A stretch of 64,000 nucleotides of DNA from the human T2T-CHM13v2.0 reference genome, Homo sapiens. The stretch is from NCBI RefSeq assembly GCF_009914755.1, contig NC_060936.1; one strand, written 5' to 3'. Positions 14,296-27,869 of the stretch are shown in pieces. A model generated the notes under the pieces. The model was not told the DNA's origin. It searched no databases and saw nothing but the letters and a program-made list of their open reading frames with translations. The position numbers and the translations under genes are program-made. Within the stretch, counting starts at the first letter, position 1; each line of letters starts with the position of its first letter.

Positions 14296-14989
14296 GTTAT
14301 CTTATATTTTTCATTTTACACCTGAGATAGTCTAATAAAGTAATGATAATAACAATTTATATAGCAAATGTCATGTGAGAATAAAGGACAATTCCACCAA
14401 TGTAAATAAAAGATTTAAGGTGATTCAAGATTGTAGTATATCAAAATTCCACAATGTATTACCATCAATTAAAAAAAAAAGAACAGGCATAATCTTGTAA
14501 AGCTAAAAAAGAAAAAAAGGGAGAAAACAATCAGTATGAAATCTTTAATACTTGGAGATCTCCAATTCAACAGAATCTATAAACTAAAACTAAGATTTAA
14601 TATTCAGCTATCTAGAAGACTGTTTATACTACTTTTTTCCTGAATGTCTGACTGAAAGTTAAATTTCGTTGTAGCGGCCTAGGAGTATATTGCTTAGATA
14701 TTAGTCATATAAGTCAGAATACATTGGAGGAAAGTGTCAGTTCTACTTATAGTAATTTATGTGGGTCCTTGTTATGCTTTATGTTCAGAAGATGAACTAG
14801 TTAAAATTTGAGATTATAACACAAAACACAGCTTGTTTTTGAAAAATGATGAAATAAATCTGGTGTATTTATCATGAATAAGAGATAGTTAATAGAGATT
14901 ACTATAGGTGCATGATTGTTTGAAGTCTTTGGTTTCTAAAATTTAAATTTATTCAATGTTACTTCATAGGGTCAAGGGAAAAAAAACTG

Positions 14990-15165
14990 CCTGGTTTCAA
15001 ATAGACTTTCCAATAGTTCTGACCATCCAAGACACCGTGCTTCTTGAAAAATACATTTTCTCTCACTGAAAATGTATAATAAGCCTATAGTGGTATCTAT
15101 GTCAGGAATGTTGTGAAAGAATTTCTGAGGCATATGGGACTTTTATGCAGCAAATTTTTAAGGTA
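14990..15165 (+). mobile_element. L3/CR1 3' end fragment
   Basis: tctcactgaaaatgtataataagcc...tatctatgtcaggaatgttgtgaaagaatttctg resembles the L3 3' terminus. Confidence 0.5.
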
Positions 15166-15619
15166 AGTAATTGATTTTTTTTATTTTGTATTGTAATACT
15201 TTTTCTTCTTTAGATAATATTAAATCATACAGCATGCATATTTTAAGAGAAAAATAAGGTCGAGACTTTGTAGCATCACAACTCTGTATTTTTACTCAGA
15301 AATGCTTGGAATATTCTTTCTTTCCATATGATTTTTGAATAACACTTCAATAGATCTTTCTGATATTGGGGGAAACAATTTAGCTTTGCTTCTTCTCTAT
15401 AACCTAGATAATTTATTGTCAGTTGATTTTATAAAGATATGAGGCTAGTGTGTGTTTCACACTCATGTGTAAGTTCTACTATATATCTGGATAACCATTT
15501 TTAAATATGGAAATAAAGTGGGAAGCTGGAATGCTTTTCTCGGAAAGACAGAATCATAAATATCAATGCATTGCCATCTTTCCTTCTTGCCCCTGTCTCT
15601 TTTTCATCATTATTTTTCC

Positions 15620-16445
15620 TTCAAATATTTATTAGATTAATTTTCCAGGATTGAATTAGCCATGGGGGTAGAAGAAATAGTAAAAAAAAAAAGTATGCTT
15701 TTAACAAATACTCATTATTTAATAGTGTAGACATGAAAAACACAAAACATATTAGTAATTTATAATAAACCTCCATATTGGAAGTATGCAAAAGTTATAG
15801 TTTAAAAGAGGGATTGACTTTATTCTTTGGAGGTCTAATGGCCGAGTTGGATCTTGAAAGTTAAGTTATAGTTTACCAGCCAAATATAAGACTAAAAATA
15901 ATTTCAGGAAGTGATGGTTTCCTGTTTAAGGTTATGAAGGTGTGAGATCAGATGGTGAAAAAAGGGGTTATTTGGCGTGGCTGGAGAATATAGCAAGAGG
16001 AAGATGAGTATTGTGGAAAATGAAACTAGAAGACAGGCAGATTCTAGAGGCTATGGGAGTATTTTATGCCTTGCAAAGAAATGCCAGTTTTATTCTGTAG
16101 CTGACAGTGGCTTATCAAATGGATTTAAGGAGACAAATAATATGCATACATTTGTCCCTTAAAGAGAAGATTCTGGTATATGATTACTTGGCAGTGGATG
16201 GTACTAGAAAGTAGAAATACTCCTAAAATCAGCCTGTAGCCTAGTGGAGAGGTGGTTAATATTCAGGTCTAGGGCAGTGCTATGGAGAGGGCAAGAGGGA
16301 TCTAATATGTTGAATTTGGGCTGTGATAATTTAATAGTCTTTTGAAAATTGTGGGTGAAAAACATTGTAGTGATTACCTCAGCTAACTCCAAAATTTTTG
16401 GTGGCAGTATTAAGTAAGATGGAGCAGATTTTGGAGAGGAGAGGG
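15620..16445 (-). mobile_element. L2 fragment
   Basis: tcaaatatttattag start; gtttaaggttatgaaggtgtgaga; gagtattttatgccttgcaaagaa...ttttattctgtag; ggagcagattttggag. Confidence 0.7.
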
Positions 16446-17079
16446 CATGATGCTGATAATGTAGGATGACTATTACTTAGGTATTTCAAAACTACTAATA
16501 TATTTTTTCCCTGAGACTTTACTCTGATGTCAAATTTAGAAAACTTTAAATTATTTGATATCTGAAACTAAATTATCACTTTTTATGATTTTAAAGATAT
16601 GTACATTCCAAATTCACATTTCTCAAATATGTATTTAGAAATTACTTAAACTTTCATATAATGCTTCGAAACCCAAAATAAACATTGGGTTAAATAAAAA
16701 TATGGAAACATCTGTAGTTACTGAATGGAAATTACAAATGTTAGATTTTTAAGAATAGTAGTAACATACACCTCCCAAATCTTTTCTTACCTACTCATAT
16801 TCATTTCCAATATCACTGAGTAGCTTTGAATAAACAGCTCAGAGATATTTCACATTTACGTCTCTTAATATATCAACTATGTAATCTTAAGTATCTTTAA
16901 TTTTTAAATAATATTTCTCTTCCACTTGATAAATTTCTATTATCTCCATGAATATTAATTCCTACCTTTACAAACTGAAATCCGTATTTGTTAACAGGTA
17001 AGGTTAATAAAACCTATGGAGAGATTACTTCTCATTCCTTGTTGTGTTTCAGAATTATTTTTATTGGTTAAAATAGCTA

Positions 17080-17515
17080 TTCATGGCTCCTTCACAAAAA
17101 CCTGATATGTTTTTGTCCTCATTTTTAAACTAATCCTTTCCTCATATTTTCTATTCCTGTCACATTGGCTTTCTTGCTGTTCCTCCTACTTAATGGGCAA
17201 ACCCCTGATTTAGTAACTTTGCACTCTCCCCAAGATATCTGCAAAGCTTGCTTCAAATGTCACCTTATCAATGAGGCCTGCCTGATATTTAAATTAAAAC
17301 ACCTCCCATTCACTTTTATTCCAATTTTTTCATTGTACTATTTATAAAATATATCTTTTAAAATGTATTTATTATTGTTATTATCCTTTTATCTCATTAA
17401 AATTTACATTCTACAGTGTTTTTTTTTTTCATTTTTGTTCCCATAGCTCTCAATTACCCCCTACAGTGCCTGACATACATTAAAGGCTCAATAAATAAAT
17501 GAATTTACTGAATGA
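17080..17515 (+). mobile_element. L2a 3' end
   Basis: cacattggctttcttgctgttcctc; ttcaaatgtcaccttatcaatgaggcct; acagtgcctgacatacattaaaggctcaataaata...tgaatga. Confidence 0.8.
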
Positions 17516-19375
17516 GAAGTTCTGAATTTGGAACTCAAGAAACTCTACTGTTGAAAACTCCATATGCAATTATCTCCTTTTGTCAGGATTGCAAAATCCC
17601 TGACCTAGAGATCAGCATATAAACAATAATACACTTTTTAACAGATAATTAACAATAGTTCAAACCAGGAGACTTTTTGAGCCCTCTTGTGATATTGGTT
17701 AGCTATCTCTTTTGTCTTTGGTGTAGAAAGGGTTTATTCTTTAATAGGCACAAAGCTTTCAGATCTGCTGCTAGTCTGTGGATACAATAAACTGCAATTT
17801 TCTTTTTGTTAAAATTAGTAAAACCTGTTTGTGTTAACATCTTAAGCAAATACAATTCAACAATTCATGAAGAGGGGATATGATGCCATGCATTTAGTTA
17901 TTTCTGATTCTATCAGTATTTAATATTTGGCTGCAAACTTTAAATTGAGCTTTATATTGTCCACAGTTATTACAATTCTTGAATCATCAGTGAAGCTGGT
18001 AAAAACAGGAACAGTTTTCTCCTAAATACTTGTCTCATATGGTATTAACTTCTGGACTAATAAGAAGAGTAGTAAGATTTAGCTGGACAGGCAATTAGGC
18101 AAGAAGAATGACTATAATAAATGCAACAACGGATACTCAAACTTTATAATGGCAAAATAATCAGAGTGTGTTTACAAGTTAGATTAGAGATTGTAGACTT
18201 AACTTTTTAGCAGTTGTTGTGGGGAATGTAGACAAACTTACACAAGATAGGTTGACAGATATTTAGATAATAGATGATATGGTGGGTGGGTGCATAGATG
18301 GATTGATAAATAAAAATATAAAAAACAAAGTGTTCTACTTACTTGTATTTGATGTAAATATAATTAGTACCTTAGTACCAGACCTTGAGTTTGAACTATG
18401 TTTTCCAGATTCCTATTTGAAACTCTCATTTTGACAGCCTATGTAGTTCATACTGTTTTATTAGGCACCATATTACAAATCATCAAGCAAGAAAATGGAA
18501 ATTCTTCAGAGTTTTAACTACTTGGATTAAATTGCTATATTCAACTCTGCCTAAGCGTCATGGGATGAAAATAACCTTTATGGTATATTTCAAATGATAT
18601 TTGCCAACAGAAAAGTTTAAGGAATATATGCTATAAGTAAATATTCCCTGCTCAAACACTATACCCTTACCTTCTTAACCAGATAGGCATAGTCTTACAT
18701 GTTGAGATTTTGGAGAACATATTTGCAAAAGGGAGTGATCAGATGTTCTGGACATATTTAGACATGACAATATTACTGGAAAGAGAAGTAAAAGGTATAC
18801 TATATGGAATACATCAATTCAGCAAGCTATTTTGTAATTATATTTCTTTAAAATGTATTTGACTCCAGGCCACTCTGAGAAAAGCAGCTGATTTGCTCTG
18901 TATTCATTTAAGACCTAGACCTCTGATCTCCCCACTTGGCACACTCAGTGAAGAGCAGCAGCAGCTAAAAAATGATAAGCGGATAGTACTGTTCAGATTT
19001 CAGAATAGAACCAGGGCATGATAGAATGAATCAATCCTCAGGTTTTATGGATTTGTAAAAGCAATGTGCACTTCAAGAAGATTGTAGAATGTCATTTTTT
19101 TTCTGCATTCTCAATAATTTTTATCCACATATACTTCTTGTTTTGTAATCACATTTTCCACTCTCTTTTGTTTTGTTTTGTTAAATAAACCTTCAAGGAA
19201 TGAGAAAGTAAAGTGACTACCTAAGTAAAGAATGATAAGCTGAATAAAAATAAAGCTTTTTATGTGTTTTTAATCGTTTTATGGTTAAAATTGGGTATGC
19301 AAATTTTGATGTTTTTGAGGAAGTTTGTATCTGTAAATGAAACTGATTGCAAACTGTGAATCTCTGTGTATGTCA

Positions 19376-19858
19376 GTGATAGACAAAATAATTGCCTTCC
19401 AAATATATCCTCTTCCCAATCCCAGGACATTAAAATATGCTATGTTGTATGGAGAAGAGGAATTTAGTTTTGAGACTAATTTAAATTTGCTGATTAATTG
19501 ACCACAAGATGGGAAGTATAGCCTGGATTATCCAGCTGTGCCCAGTGTAATCACAAGAGTTTCTAAAGTGGAAGCAGTAAGGTTGAAGGTGGGTCAGAAT
19601 GATAGCATGAGAGAAGGACTTGACTGCCATTGCTTGATTGAAGATAGGGAACGAGTCAGGAATGCAAGTGGTCTCTAGAAGCTGGAAAATGCAAGGAAAC
19701 AGATTTTCCTCTAAAGTCTCCAAAAGGAATGCAGTCCTACCGATTCCTCATCCCTGTGAAAACTGTACTGGCCTTCCCACCTACAAGACTCTAAGATAAT
19801 ATTAAGTCACTAAGTTTGTGGTAATTTGTCACAGCAGTCATTTTAAAAAGCTAACACA
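19376..19858 (+). mobile_element. MLT1D-like solo LTR
   Basis: cctggattatccagctgtgcccagtgtaatcacaagag; ctagaagctggaaaatgcaaggaaacagattttcctct; ends agctaacaca. Confidence 0.85.
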
Positions 19859-21079
19859 ATATCTATTTAATAAGTATATTGTCACTCTATGGACCTTGGG
19901 GGAGGGGGTGGTAATTCACTCAACAGTTATTTATGACACTTTAAAATTTTCTTTCATTTTACGGTCAAACAAGGAGTGCCAGAGTTTTGGTGTATATACC
20001 TGAGATAATAGCCTTAAATGTAACACAGATAAAAATAAAAGAGATGAATTTCTTAATTTATTTTATAGTCAGCTAAAGAAACAAGATCACTAACACTGAT
20101 TGTTAACATTATTGTTATTAACATAATACTTTGAGAAAGCTTTGATAGTCATCATCAGGCAAAAACTAATTAAAAAAAATTTTAAAACATTATATTGAAA
20201 TATTGGAATTTTGCCCTACAAAACTTTTGGTACTATGATCTCCTTCCTGGGTTGTAAATGTTCTTTCAGAATTTTATTTATTTGTAGGAACATACATACT
20301 TCATATGAGTATATAGAATTTCTATTACTTTGTTTAGACCGTTGTAAAAGTTTTTGAAAATTTTCATTTTACATTGAATACTGGAGCCCATAGTTCCACG
20401 GACTTGATTCCATATTTCTCCTTGTTCAGTGACAAATTTATAACGTGCATTCAATAGTAAATTTCACAGCATACTGGAATGGGCTATATGGTACCTCTTA
20501 GTACAACTATTAATTTCTAAGAGTATTTTCCTTAGGCCATAATTTATATAAGCCTCTGTATTATTTATCACCAACTCTCTATCGATCATCTAGCTTAAGA
20601 ATGTTTATTGCTAGGTTTATTTGAATTAGGGAAACAGAAAAGTAGTAAGGCCTCTGGGTATTAATGTTGGGTTTATGGGAGGATACTTATCATTCTCAAA
20701 AAAAGTTGACATTTGGTGGTTGATGTGCATATACTGCTGGCAAGTGCAGGGGGAGACTATGGTCCAAATGCTTGCTAGAAACATAAATTTGCATGTATAT
20801 AATACATACAGATGTATTATATATACTATATTTCATATACATATAAAATTAACTGACCAGAATTAAAGTAACATGTGCTTAAATCATTGCCTTCCCACCT
20901 TCTTTTTTTTATGACTGCTCCAATTGCTCCACCACCAGAATCAGTAATGATAGGTTTAAACCTGGTGAGGCTGCAGAGGATGAGGTTGCCTGAGGACCCT
21001 GGCCCAGTCCTGTGGCCAGCATTAGCAGTGCTTGATTGGTGCCTAAATGTTAAGTATTAATGTCCAACACTCTTGGACA

Positions 21080-21388
21080 TGTTTGGGTCCCAGCCAGGGG
21101 AGGATGACTGTTAGGGGAGGTGATACCTGCTGGAATATTAAAAATGAGTAATGAGGAGCTATTTAGGTAAAAAGGATGTAGAGGGTTGGGGGTAAAGACA
21201 GGTGATCCCGATCCAAGGGAAATCCTGAGCAAATGCAAGGAGGTGAGAAACAACCTCAGGAATTAAGATACTGGAGGAGTTTGAGGTGCTGTCCAGGGGA
21301 TCATGGGAAGCAAGTAGTGGAATGAGAGGAGGCTGGAGGAGTTCATGGGGCCAGGCAAGGAAGGGCTGTAAGCACTACTTTAGGGCTC
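21080..21388 (-). mobile_element. L2 fragment
   Basis: ggaggtgatacctgctggaatattaaaaatgagta...ccaagggaaatcctgagcaaatgcaaggaggtgagaaa follows the L2 antisense pattern. Confidence 0.55.
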
Positions 21389-21394
21389 TCTTGT

Positions 21395-21405
21395 TTGTGT
21401 GTGTG

Positions 21406-21447
<42 letters not shown>

Positions 21448-21503
21448 TCTATATATATATACACACATCTATATATATATACACACATATATATATACAC
21501 ACA

Positions 21504-21542
<39 letters not shown>

Positions 21543-21570
21543 CTATATATATATACACACTATATATATA
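21395..21570. repeat. Compound (TG)/(TA)/(CA) microsatellite at the L1 tail position
   Basis: Repeated acacacatctatatatatat units abut the L1 3' end. Confidence 0.92.
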
Positions 21571-22325
21571 CTTTAAGTTCTAGGATACATATGCACAACC
21601 TGCAGGTTTGTTACATGTGTATACATGTGCCATGTTGGTTTGCTGTACCCATTAACTCATCATTTACATTAGGTATTTCTCCTAATGCTATCCTTCCCCC
21701 ATCCCCCCACCCTACAACAGGCCCTGGTGTGTGATGTTCCCCACCCTGTGTCCAAGTGTTCTCATTGTTCAATTCCCACCTATGAGTGAGAACATGCAGT
21801 GTTTGGTGTTTTCGGTCCTTGTGATAGTTTGCTCAGAATGATGGTTTCCAGCTTCATCCATGTCACTACAAAGGACATGAATGCATCCTTTTTTATGGTT
21901 GCATAGTATTCCATTGTGTATATGTGCCACATTTTCTCAATCCATTCTATCATTGATGGACATTTGAGTTGGTTCCAAGTCTTTGCTATTGTGAATAGTG
22001 CCACAATAAACATACATGTGCATGTGTCTTTATAGTAGCATGATTTATAATCCTTTGGGTATATACCCAGTAATGGGATTGCTGGGTCAAATGGTATTTC
22101 TAGTTCTAGATCCTTGAGGAATTACCACATTGTCTTCCACAATGGTTGAACTAGTTTACACTCCCACCAACAGTGTAAAAGTGTTCCTATTTCTCCACAT
22201 CCTCTCCAGCACCTGTTGTTTCCTGACTTTTTAATGATCGCCATTCTAACTGGTGTGAGATGGTATCTCATTGTGGTTTTGATTTGCATTTCTCTGATGA
22301 CATTTTGATTTGCATTTCTCTGATG
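21571..22325 (-). mobile_element. L1PA5-like 3' end (non-inverted part of a twin-primed L1)
   Basis: ctttaagttctaggatacat...ttccccaccctgtgtccaagtg 3'UTR; ORF2 C-terminus MFIVALFTIAKTWNQ... Confidence 0.95.
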
Positions 22326-22666
22326 ACATAGGCATGGGCAAGGACTTCATGACTAAAACACCAAAAGCAATGGCAACAGAAGCCAAAATAGACCAATGGG
22401 ATCTAATTAAACTAAAGAGCTTCTGCACAGCAAAAGAAACTACCATCAGAGTGAAGAGGCAACCTACAGAGTGGGAGAAAATTTTTGCAATCTACCCATC
22501 TGACAAAGGGCTAATATCCAGAATCTACAAAGAACTTAAACAAATTTACAAGAAAAAATCAAACAACCCCATTAAAAAGTGGGCAAAGGATATGAACAGA
22601 GATTTTTCAAAAGAAGACATTTATGCAGCCAACAGACACATGGAAAAATGCTCATCATCACTGGCC
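22324..22666 (+). mobile_element. Inverted 5' segment of the same L1 (ORF2)
   Basis: Encodes [18 protein letters not shown]...[10 protein letters not shown] and ends at ctggcc, where the minus-strand part picks up (atcagagaaatgc). Confidence 0.95.
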
Positions 22667-23166
22667 TTCACACTTTTTAAATTTAGCTAAAGTGATTCTC
22701 CATAGAAGCCACAAGAATTCATTCATTTAGTCCACTGAGCATGCACCACTTTTAGTCATTAATGAATGCATAAAAGGCAGTTACATTTGAATGAAATATT
22801 AATCTGGAAATTATCCACAGCTAAAACAAAAACTAATTTCTAGTTACATAAGGGAAGAAATTTAGAAAGAAAAAGAAAATTATTTTACATCAAGGAAACA
22901 TGTGAAGAGAACCATGATCTGTAAATTTATTCTAAGCTTCACTGTGCCACACCATTATCTTGTCTTTACTGAAAGGCAGACATTCAGTTTACAGTAGGAC
23001 ATGGACTGGCTGCGAAGTTAGGACTTTCATTTTCACTTAGTGAGCTATTTTGGGAGAGATCAGACAATCAGTGCTCTGATTTTATAAACCAGAAATAAAT
23101 CCATTCCAAAAGAGCCACCAAAGCCAAAGTTATTCTTTGCTATCCTTCAATTAGTAAAGGTTTTGG

Positions 23167-23445
23167 GGCTGGGCATGGTGTCTCACATCCGTATTCTCAG
23201 CACTTTGGGTTGTTGAGGCAGGAGGATCACTTTAACCCAGTAGTTCAAGAATAACCTGGTCAACATAGTGAGATTCTGTCTCTACAAAAACAAAAACAAA
23301 ATAAAACAAAATACGCATGGTGGCACCTGCCTGTAGTCCTAGCTACTCTTGCTGAGGTGGAAGGATGGCTTGCCCAGGAGTTTGAGGTTGTAGTGAACTA
23401 TGATTGCATCACTGCATTTCAGCCTGTGCAACAGAGCAAGACCCT
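23167..23445 (+). mobile_element. AluJ (Jo/Jr-like) lacking its A tail
   Basis: ggaggatcactttaacccag...gaggttgtagtgaactatgattgc; ends at gcaagaccct. Confidence 0.9.
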
Positions 23446-24697
23446 ATGAGGTTATGTTTATCACCTACAATTTTGAACTACCATTATAGGCCACCAAGGA
23501 CCAAAAAAAAGTAAATTTTGTTTATATTTGGGGATGTTTTTTCAAGTCTTATATTTGACATTAGAAAGGCTTGCTCCATTCAGCTCATGCATATGGAAGC
23601 ATTTCTAAGCAGGATGTAAACATGACAAGCCTATTAACCTTTATGCTTAAAAATTGAAGTATAAACATTGGAAAAGTTATTGATTTTCTAATTGTTGTAT
23701 CTTTTCCTCCCTCGACATAGGATTTATCATTTAGACTTTAGCCATAATTTATACAAGTTATTAGACTTAATCCCTTAATTGAGATCTTTTAGAATATACA
23801 AAACTCTTTATGGGTACCCAGTGAGTTATTTCTAAATACATCAATGCATTTTCTAGAGTCTTTGAAACAATCTGCCTGTGTCTCTACCAAAATCTCCATC
23901 TGCTCGAGATTTTTTATAAATAAAATTCTTATTTTGTACTGTGTAGAAATAGTTAAGATCAGTTAGTTTTTCTCTCTTCTTTAAACAAATGATGTAAAGG
24001 CTTCTTATTACAGTCATGAATAAGAATCACGGTTTAAATATAGTTTAAACATAACACACATAAAATTAAATTGACAAAGGATTTTGAGGAACATGTATTT
24101 GAAATATGGACTGCTCATTCTATTTACAGGAATTAGCACAAGATTTTAAAGTGATCTTACTTAGTGACTCCCAAATATACTGCCTACTATGCTTTTTTTT
24201 AAAGAAGGGAATTTATAGCAGCGTTCTAATAGATAGTACAGAACTCATACTTGCCCTACAACTTTCAGGATACATATTTGTTCTTGTTTTGAATTTTAAA
24301 TGTTTTTTCACATTAACAGTTTCATTTCAAGTTAAAAAATATACTATTGTTATAAAAGGTGGGGCTAAACCTATCTTTTCAACATTGATGTTTAAAATGC
24401 ATACTTATTTTTATCGGTGTATATTGCATTACTCCCAGGAGCTTAAGGCACATTTTTTTAACTCTAGTTGTCAAACACTTATCCTAACCATATCCTTGTA
24501 AGTTGCTATGCTGTTTAATTAAAATGGCAGTTAAACCTTATCCATTGCTCATAATATTAGGGAAAAATGAAAACAGGCTAAAACATCTCCTACTGCTCAA
24601 AGAATGTACACTCTTTTGCTAGCTATGATTCTTACTCCAACAAATTGCTTTTTATGGTAATTTGCTTTTAGCCCCCTCTAATAGTGTCTTAGAAATG

Positions 24698-24965
24698 ATA
24701 ATAACAATTTATATTTATACAGCATATTGTGATTTTCATACCACTTTAAAAAACATTTTATGGTAGCCTTCCAATAATCATATAAAATGTTCTTACTAAT
24801 CATTTCTATAGTGTAACCCATTAAACATTAAAAAAAACTGAGAATTTATTGAGAGTACATGATGCCCATACTCCAAAGAGAAATTTTTAGCAAGTGACAA
24901 AATCAAAACTCTAACCAGGCTCACTTGCATGAACTTATTCTAATACTGTTCCACTAAACTGCCCT
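24698..24965 (-). mobile_element. MIR fragment
   Basis: ataacaatttatatttatacagc...aaactgag...gttccacta. Confidence 0.45.
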
Positions 24966-25317
24966 TACTTAAGAGAAGAAAATAAAAATGCCTTTCAGTA
25001 AAGCTTTCTGGAAGAGGATGAATTTGGTTAAAAGTTACTGTCATTATAGTCATGATTAAATCAAAGAATACTATACAAGGCTGTGTAGTAAGCGTGTGAC
25101 TAACAGTTACCAATTATTAACTAGTTATCTGGCATTGAGCATGTGACCAAACAAGATTCTCAATTTTCTCCCCTCTAAAGTTGAAGCATTGCTTCAACAA
25201 TCCCTATATGATGTAAAATTCTATGGACCAGAGCAGAACTAATTGAGTCTCAGATATTACTTCTATTTAGAAAATCAAATATTTTGTCAATAATATCAAA
25301 AATAATAACTAGTTAAT

Positions 25318-25540
25318 TGATATGGTTTGCCAGTGTCCCCACCTAAATTTCATCTTGAATTGTAGCTCCCATAATCCCCACGTGTCATGGGAGGGACCAA
25401 GTGGAGATAATTGAATCATGAGGTGGTGGTCCCCATCCTGTTCTCGTGATAGTGAGTTAGTTCTCACGAGAGCTGATGGTTTTACAAGGGGCTTCCCCCT
25501 TCTCTGGGCACTTAGTCTCTCTCCTACCACCATGTGGAAC
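25318..25540 (+). mobile_element. THE1D-like LTR, 3'-truncated
   Basis: tgatatggtttgccagtgtccccacctaaatttcatcttgaattgtagctccc...; similarity stops at catgtggaac. Confidence 0.9.
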
Positions 25541-25659
25541 TTGTTCATACAGATTGACCTTGATTTTATCATGACTGTGATGGCCACATAATCACATTTC
25601 TCTCAAAGCTCAAATAATTTAAAGTTCCAACAGCTTTAAGTTTAAACTATTTAATTTTA

Positions 25660-25790
25660 CATTTTCTTATTGTTGAGTTTTGAGAGCTTTTCGTGTATTT
25701 TGAATACAAGTTTCTTATGAGATGTTTGTTTTGCAAATATTTTTGTCCAGTCTGTCTTGTCTTTTCATCCTTGAATACAGTTTTTAATTA
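25660..25790 (-). mobile_element. Old L1M fragment
   Basis: ttcttattgttgagttttgagagc...ttttgcaaatatttttgtccagtctgt. Confidence 0.75.
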
Positions 25791-25920
25791 AAATATTATT
25801 AGATGCTTCATATATCACAATAAAAAATGGCTTTAGTTTGTGTTAAAATGCAGGTATACAGAGGTAGATCTAGCTGCAATCCCTGCATTTTCCAATTTTA
25901 GAGTAATTTTAGACAAATTA

Positions 25921-26229
25921 TTTATTTGTTTGTTTGTTTGTTTAGAGACAGGGTCTCCCTCTGTTACCCAGAATGGATTGCAGTGGCACAATCATGGCTG
26001 ACTGCAGCCTCAACCTCCCAGGCTCAAGTGATCCTCCTGTCCCAGGCTCCTGAGTATCTGGTATTACAGGAACACAACACCACACTTGGCTAATTTTTTC
26101 TATTGTTTTGTAGAGATGGGGATCTTGCTATGTTGCTCGGACTGGCCTTGAACCCCCAGGCTCAAGGGATCCTCCTGCCTTGACCTCCCAAAGTGCTGGA
26201 ATGACAGGCATGAGCCATTACAACTGGTC
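25921..26229 (-). mobile_element. AluJ with (TTTG)n tail, inserted in a MIR
   Basis: gcacaatcatggctgactgcagcctcaacctcccaggctcaagtgatcc (J diagnostics). Confidence 0.92.
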
Positions 26230-26334
26230 CAGAATAACTTTAAGCCATTGAGAAATAACCGTAAATAGCCACTGCCCTTCACAAAATGTATAATGGTTAA
26301 TCTCTCACCCTACAGAGGTAAATTCTCCAGTACA

Positions 26335-26515
26335 AGATTCACCACATATCAGATGTGTGACCTTAGACAAGTTACTAGGCATCTTTATGTTTCAAATTCC
26401 TTTGTATGTAAAATGATGATAATAATGGTACCTGATTTGTAGATTACTGTGAAGATTACAGTAAAGAGTTTTAAAAAGTGTCTGGCACATAGTATGTACT
26501 CAGTGCTAGTAATCT
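26335..26515 (+). mobile_element. MIR
   Basis: tgtgtgaccttagacaagttact...tgtaaaatgatgataataatggtacct...gtgtctggcacatagta. Confidence 0.85.
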
Positions 26516-26724
26516 TCTTAGGTAGTTGTCAAATAATTATATATAATGTAATGTATACATATAATAATATATTAAATACCATGGTAAGCAGAAAATACTT
26601 GATTTAAAAAGTCACATATTTTTGGAAGTAAGAGAATTTTAAAGTTTCATTTAATTTATTTGGGTGGCATTTGTTTCCAGTTGTAAAATTTATTTTCTTC
26701 ACATATATTGAGATTGTATGGAAA

Positions 26725-27297
26725 TTTAAATTTTTTCCCTGAAGGTTTTGATAATTTGAGTCTATAAAACAAATTGATAATATATTAACAGGAAAAATAA
26801 AAAGCATACACATTTTATTACATGCACCTGTGTGCACGGGATTCATACAAAATATAAAAAACTCAAATGGCCAGATGGTTGTCACTTTTATCATCTTATG
26901 GTTAAGGACTCTGAGCATGGCAAAAGGGGTTTTGGTGGCAAGACAGGAGGAAGAGAGAAGAGAAATTACCTGGGGAAAAGGCAGTCATGAAACCTCACCG
27001 TTAAGTAACCCTCAGAGAGAATCCGTGGTAGATAGTAATAAGTGTTTCCCTCAAACCTTTAAAAGTGTCAGACTCTCAGTTAATCTTTCCTAGATCTAGA
27101 TGTGGGAGGGGGAACTTCAATGAAAGCCTGTTAGCATCTGTTGTTTACTTCACTTCATGCAGAAACAAAATTGACAAAATTGACAGATTCAAATCTCTCC
27201 AACAAAAGGCAGCTTGTGGTTCCAGAACTTCTAAGAAGCCTTCTTGAAATATGTCAAGAAGTACATTTTGGAGTTAAATAATTTGGTTTGCTTTAAG
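26725..27297 (-). mobile_element. ERV1 LTR, MER34/MER39 group
   Basis: Ends gaaatatgtcaagaagtacattttggagttaaataatttggtttgcttt (reverse complement of a MER34-type start); tgtcagactctcagttaatct motif. Confidence 0.7.
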
Positions 27298-27354
27298 AAG
27301 AATATTTCAGTTAGACTTTATAGATAGATAATCCTTGTATGTATGTAAACCAAA

Positions 27355-27357
<3 letters not shown>

Positions 27358-27405
<48 letters not shown>
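27358..27405. repeat. Perfect (TA)~24 microsatellite
   Basis: Uninterrupted TA run. Confidence 0.97.
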
Positions 27406-27407
<2 letters not shown>

Positions 27408-27409
27408 CT

Positions 27410-27865
27410 CTGATGATTCATAAAAGAAACACGGGAGGATATCATGGCTATATATAAGTAGAAATTTGGAATATGGGGTCTCAGCCATCTCCCAGGCATG
27501 CATAAATTAATACTTAAAGAACTTGTGTTTTTCGTCTGAAGAGGGAAGAAAATGGTGATTGAATAGATAACTGGGAGAAGAGTTTCCAGGTGTCTCTCCT
27601 CTATTAGATCAAATGACAGTTTTGAGCCCATAGAAAATGGAGCCAGAGCTGATGGTGTGATGCTGTTTTCATGGAAGCATTTATTTTTGGAGCTAAGTAA
27701 AAATGATAAATCTGCTGTTGGAGAATGGGACTTGCAGCATGACTTAGGTACAGGGGGGAAACTTGAAGATTTTTCCGTTTGAAGCCATCAAAGTTAGCAT
27801 CCTTGGCAACCAAGTTTGAAAATGTTCTCTGTGTTTGGGCCATTTATATTTGCTAATTGGTGCCA
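27410..27865. mobile_element. Probable ERV1 internal fragment
   Basis: Lies between two ERV1 LTR pieces; gaagccatcaaagttagcatccttggcaaccaagtttgaa resembles MER4-group internal sequence as I recall it. Confidence 0.35.
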
Positions 27866-27869
27866 AATA

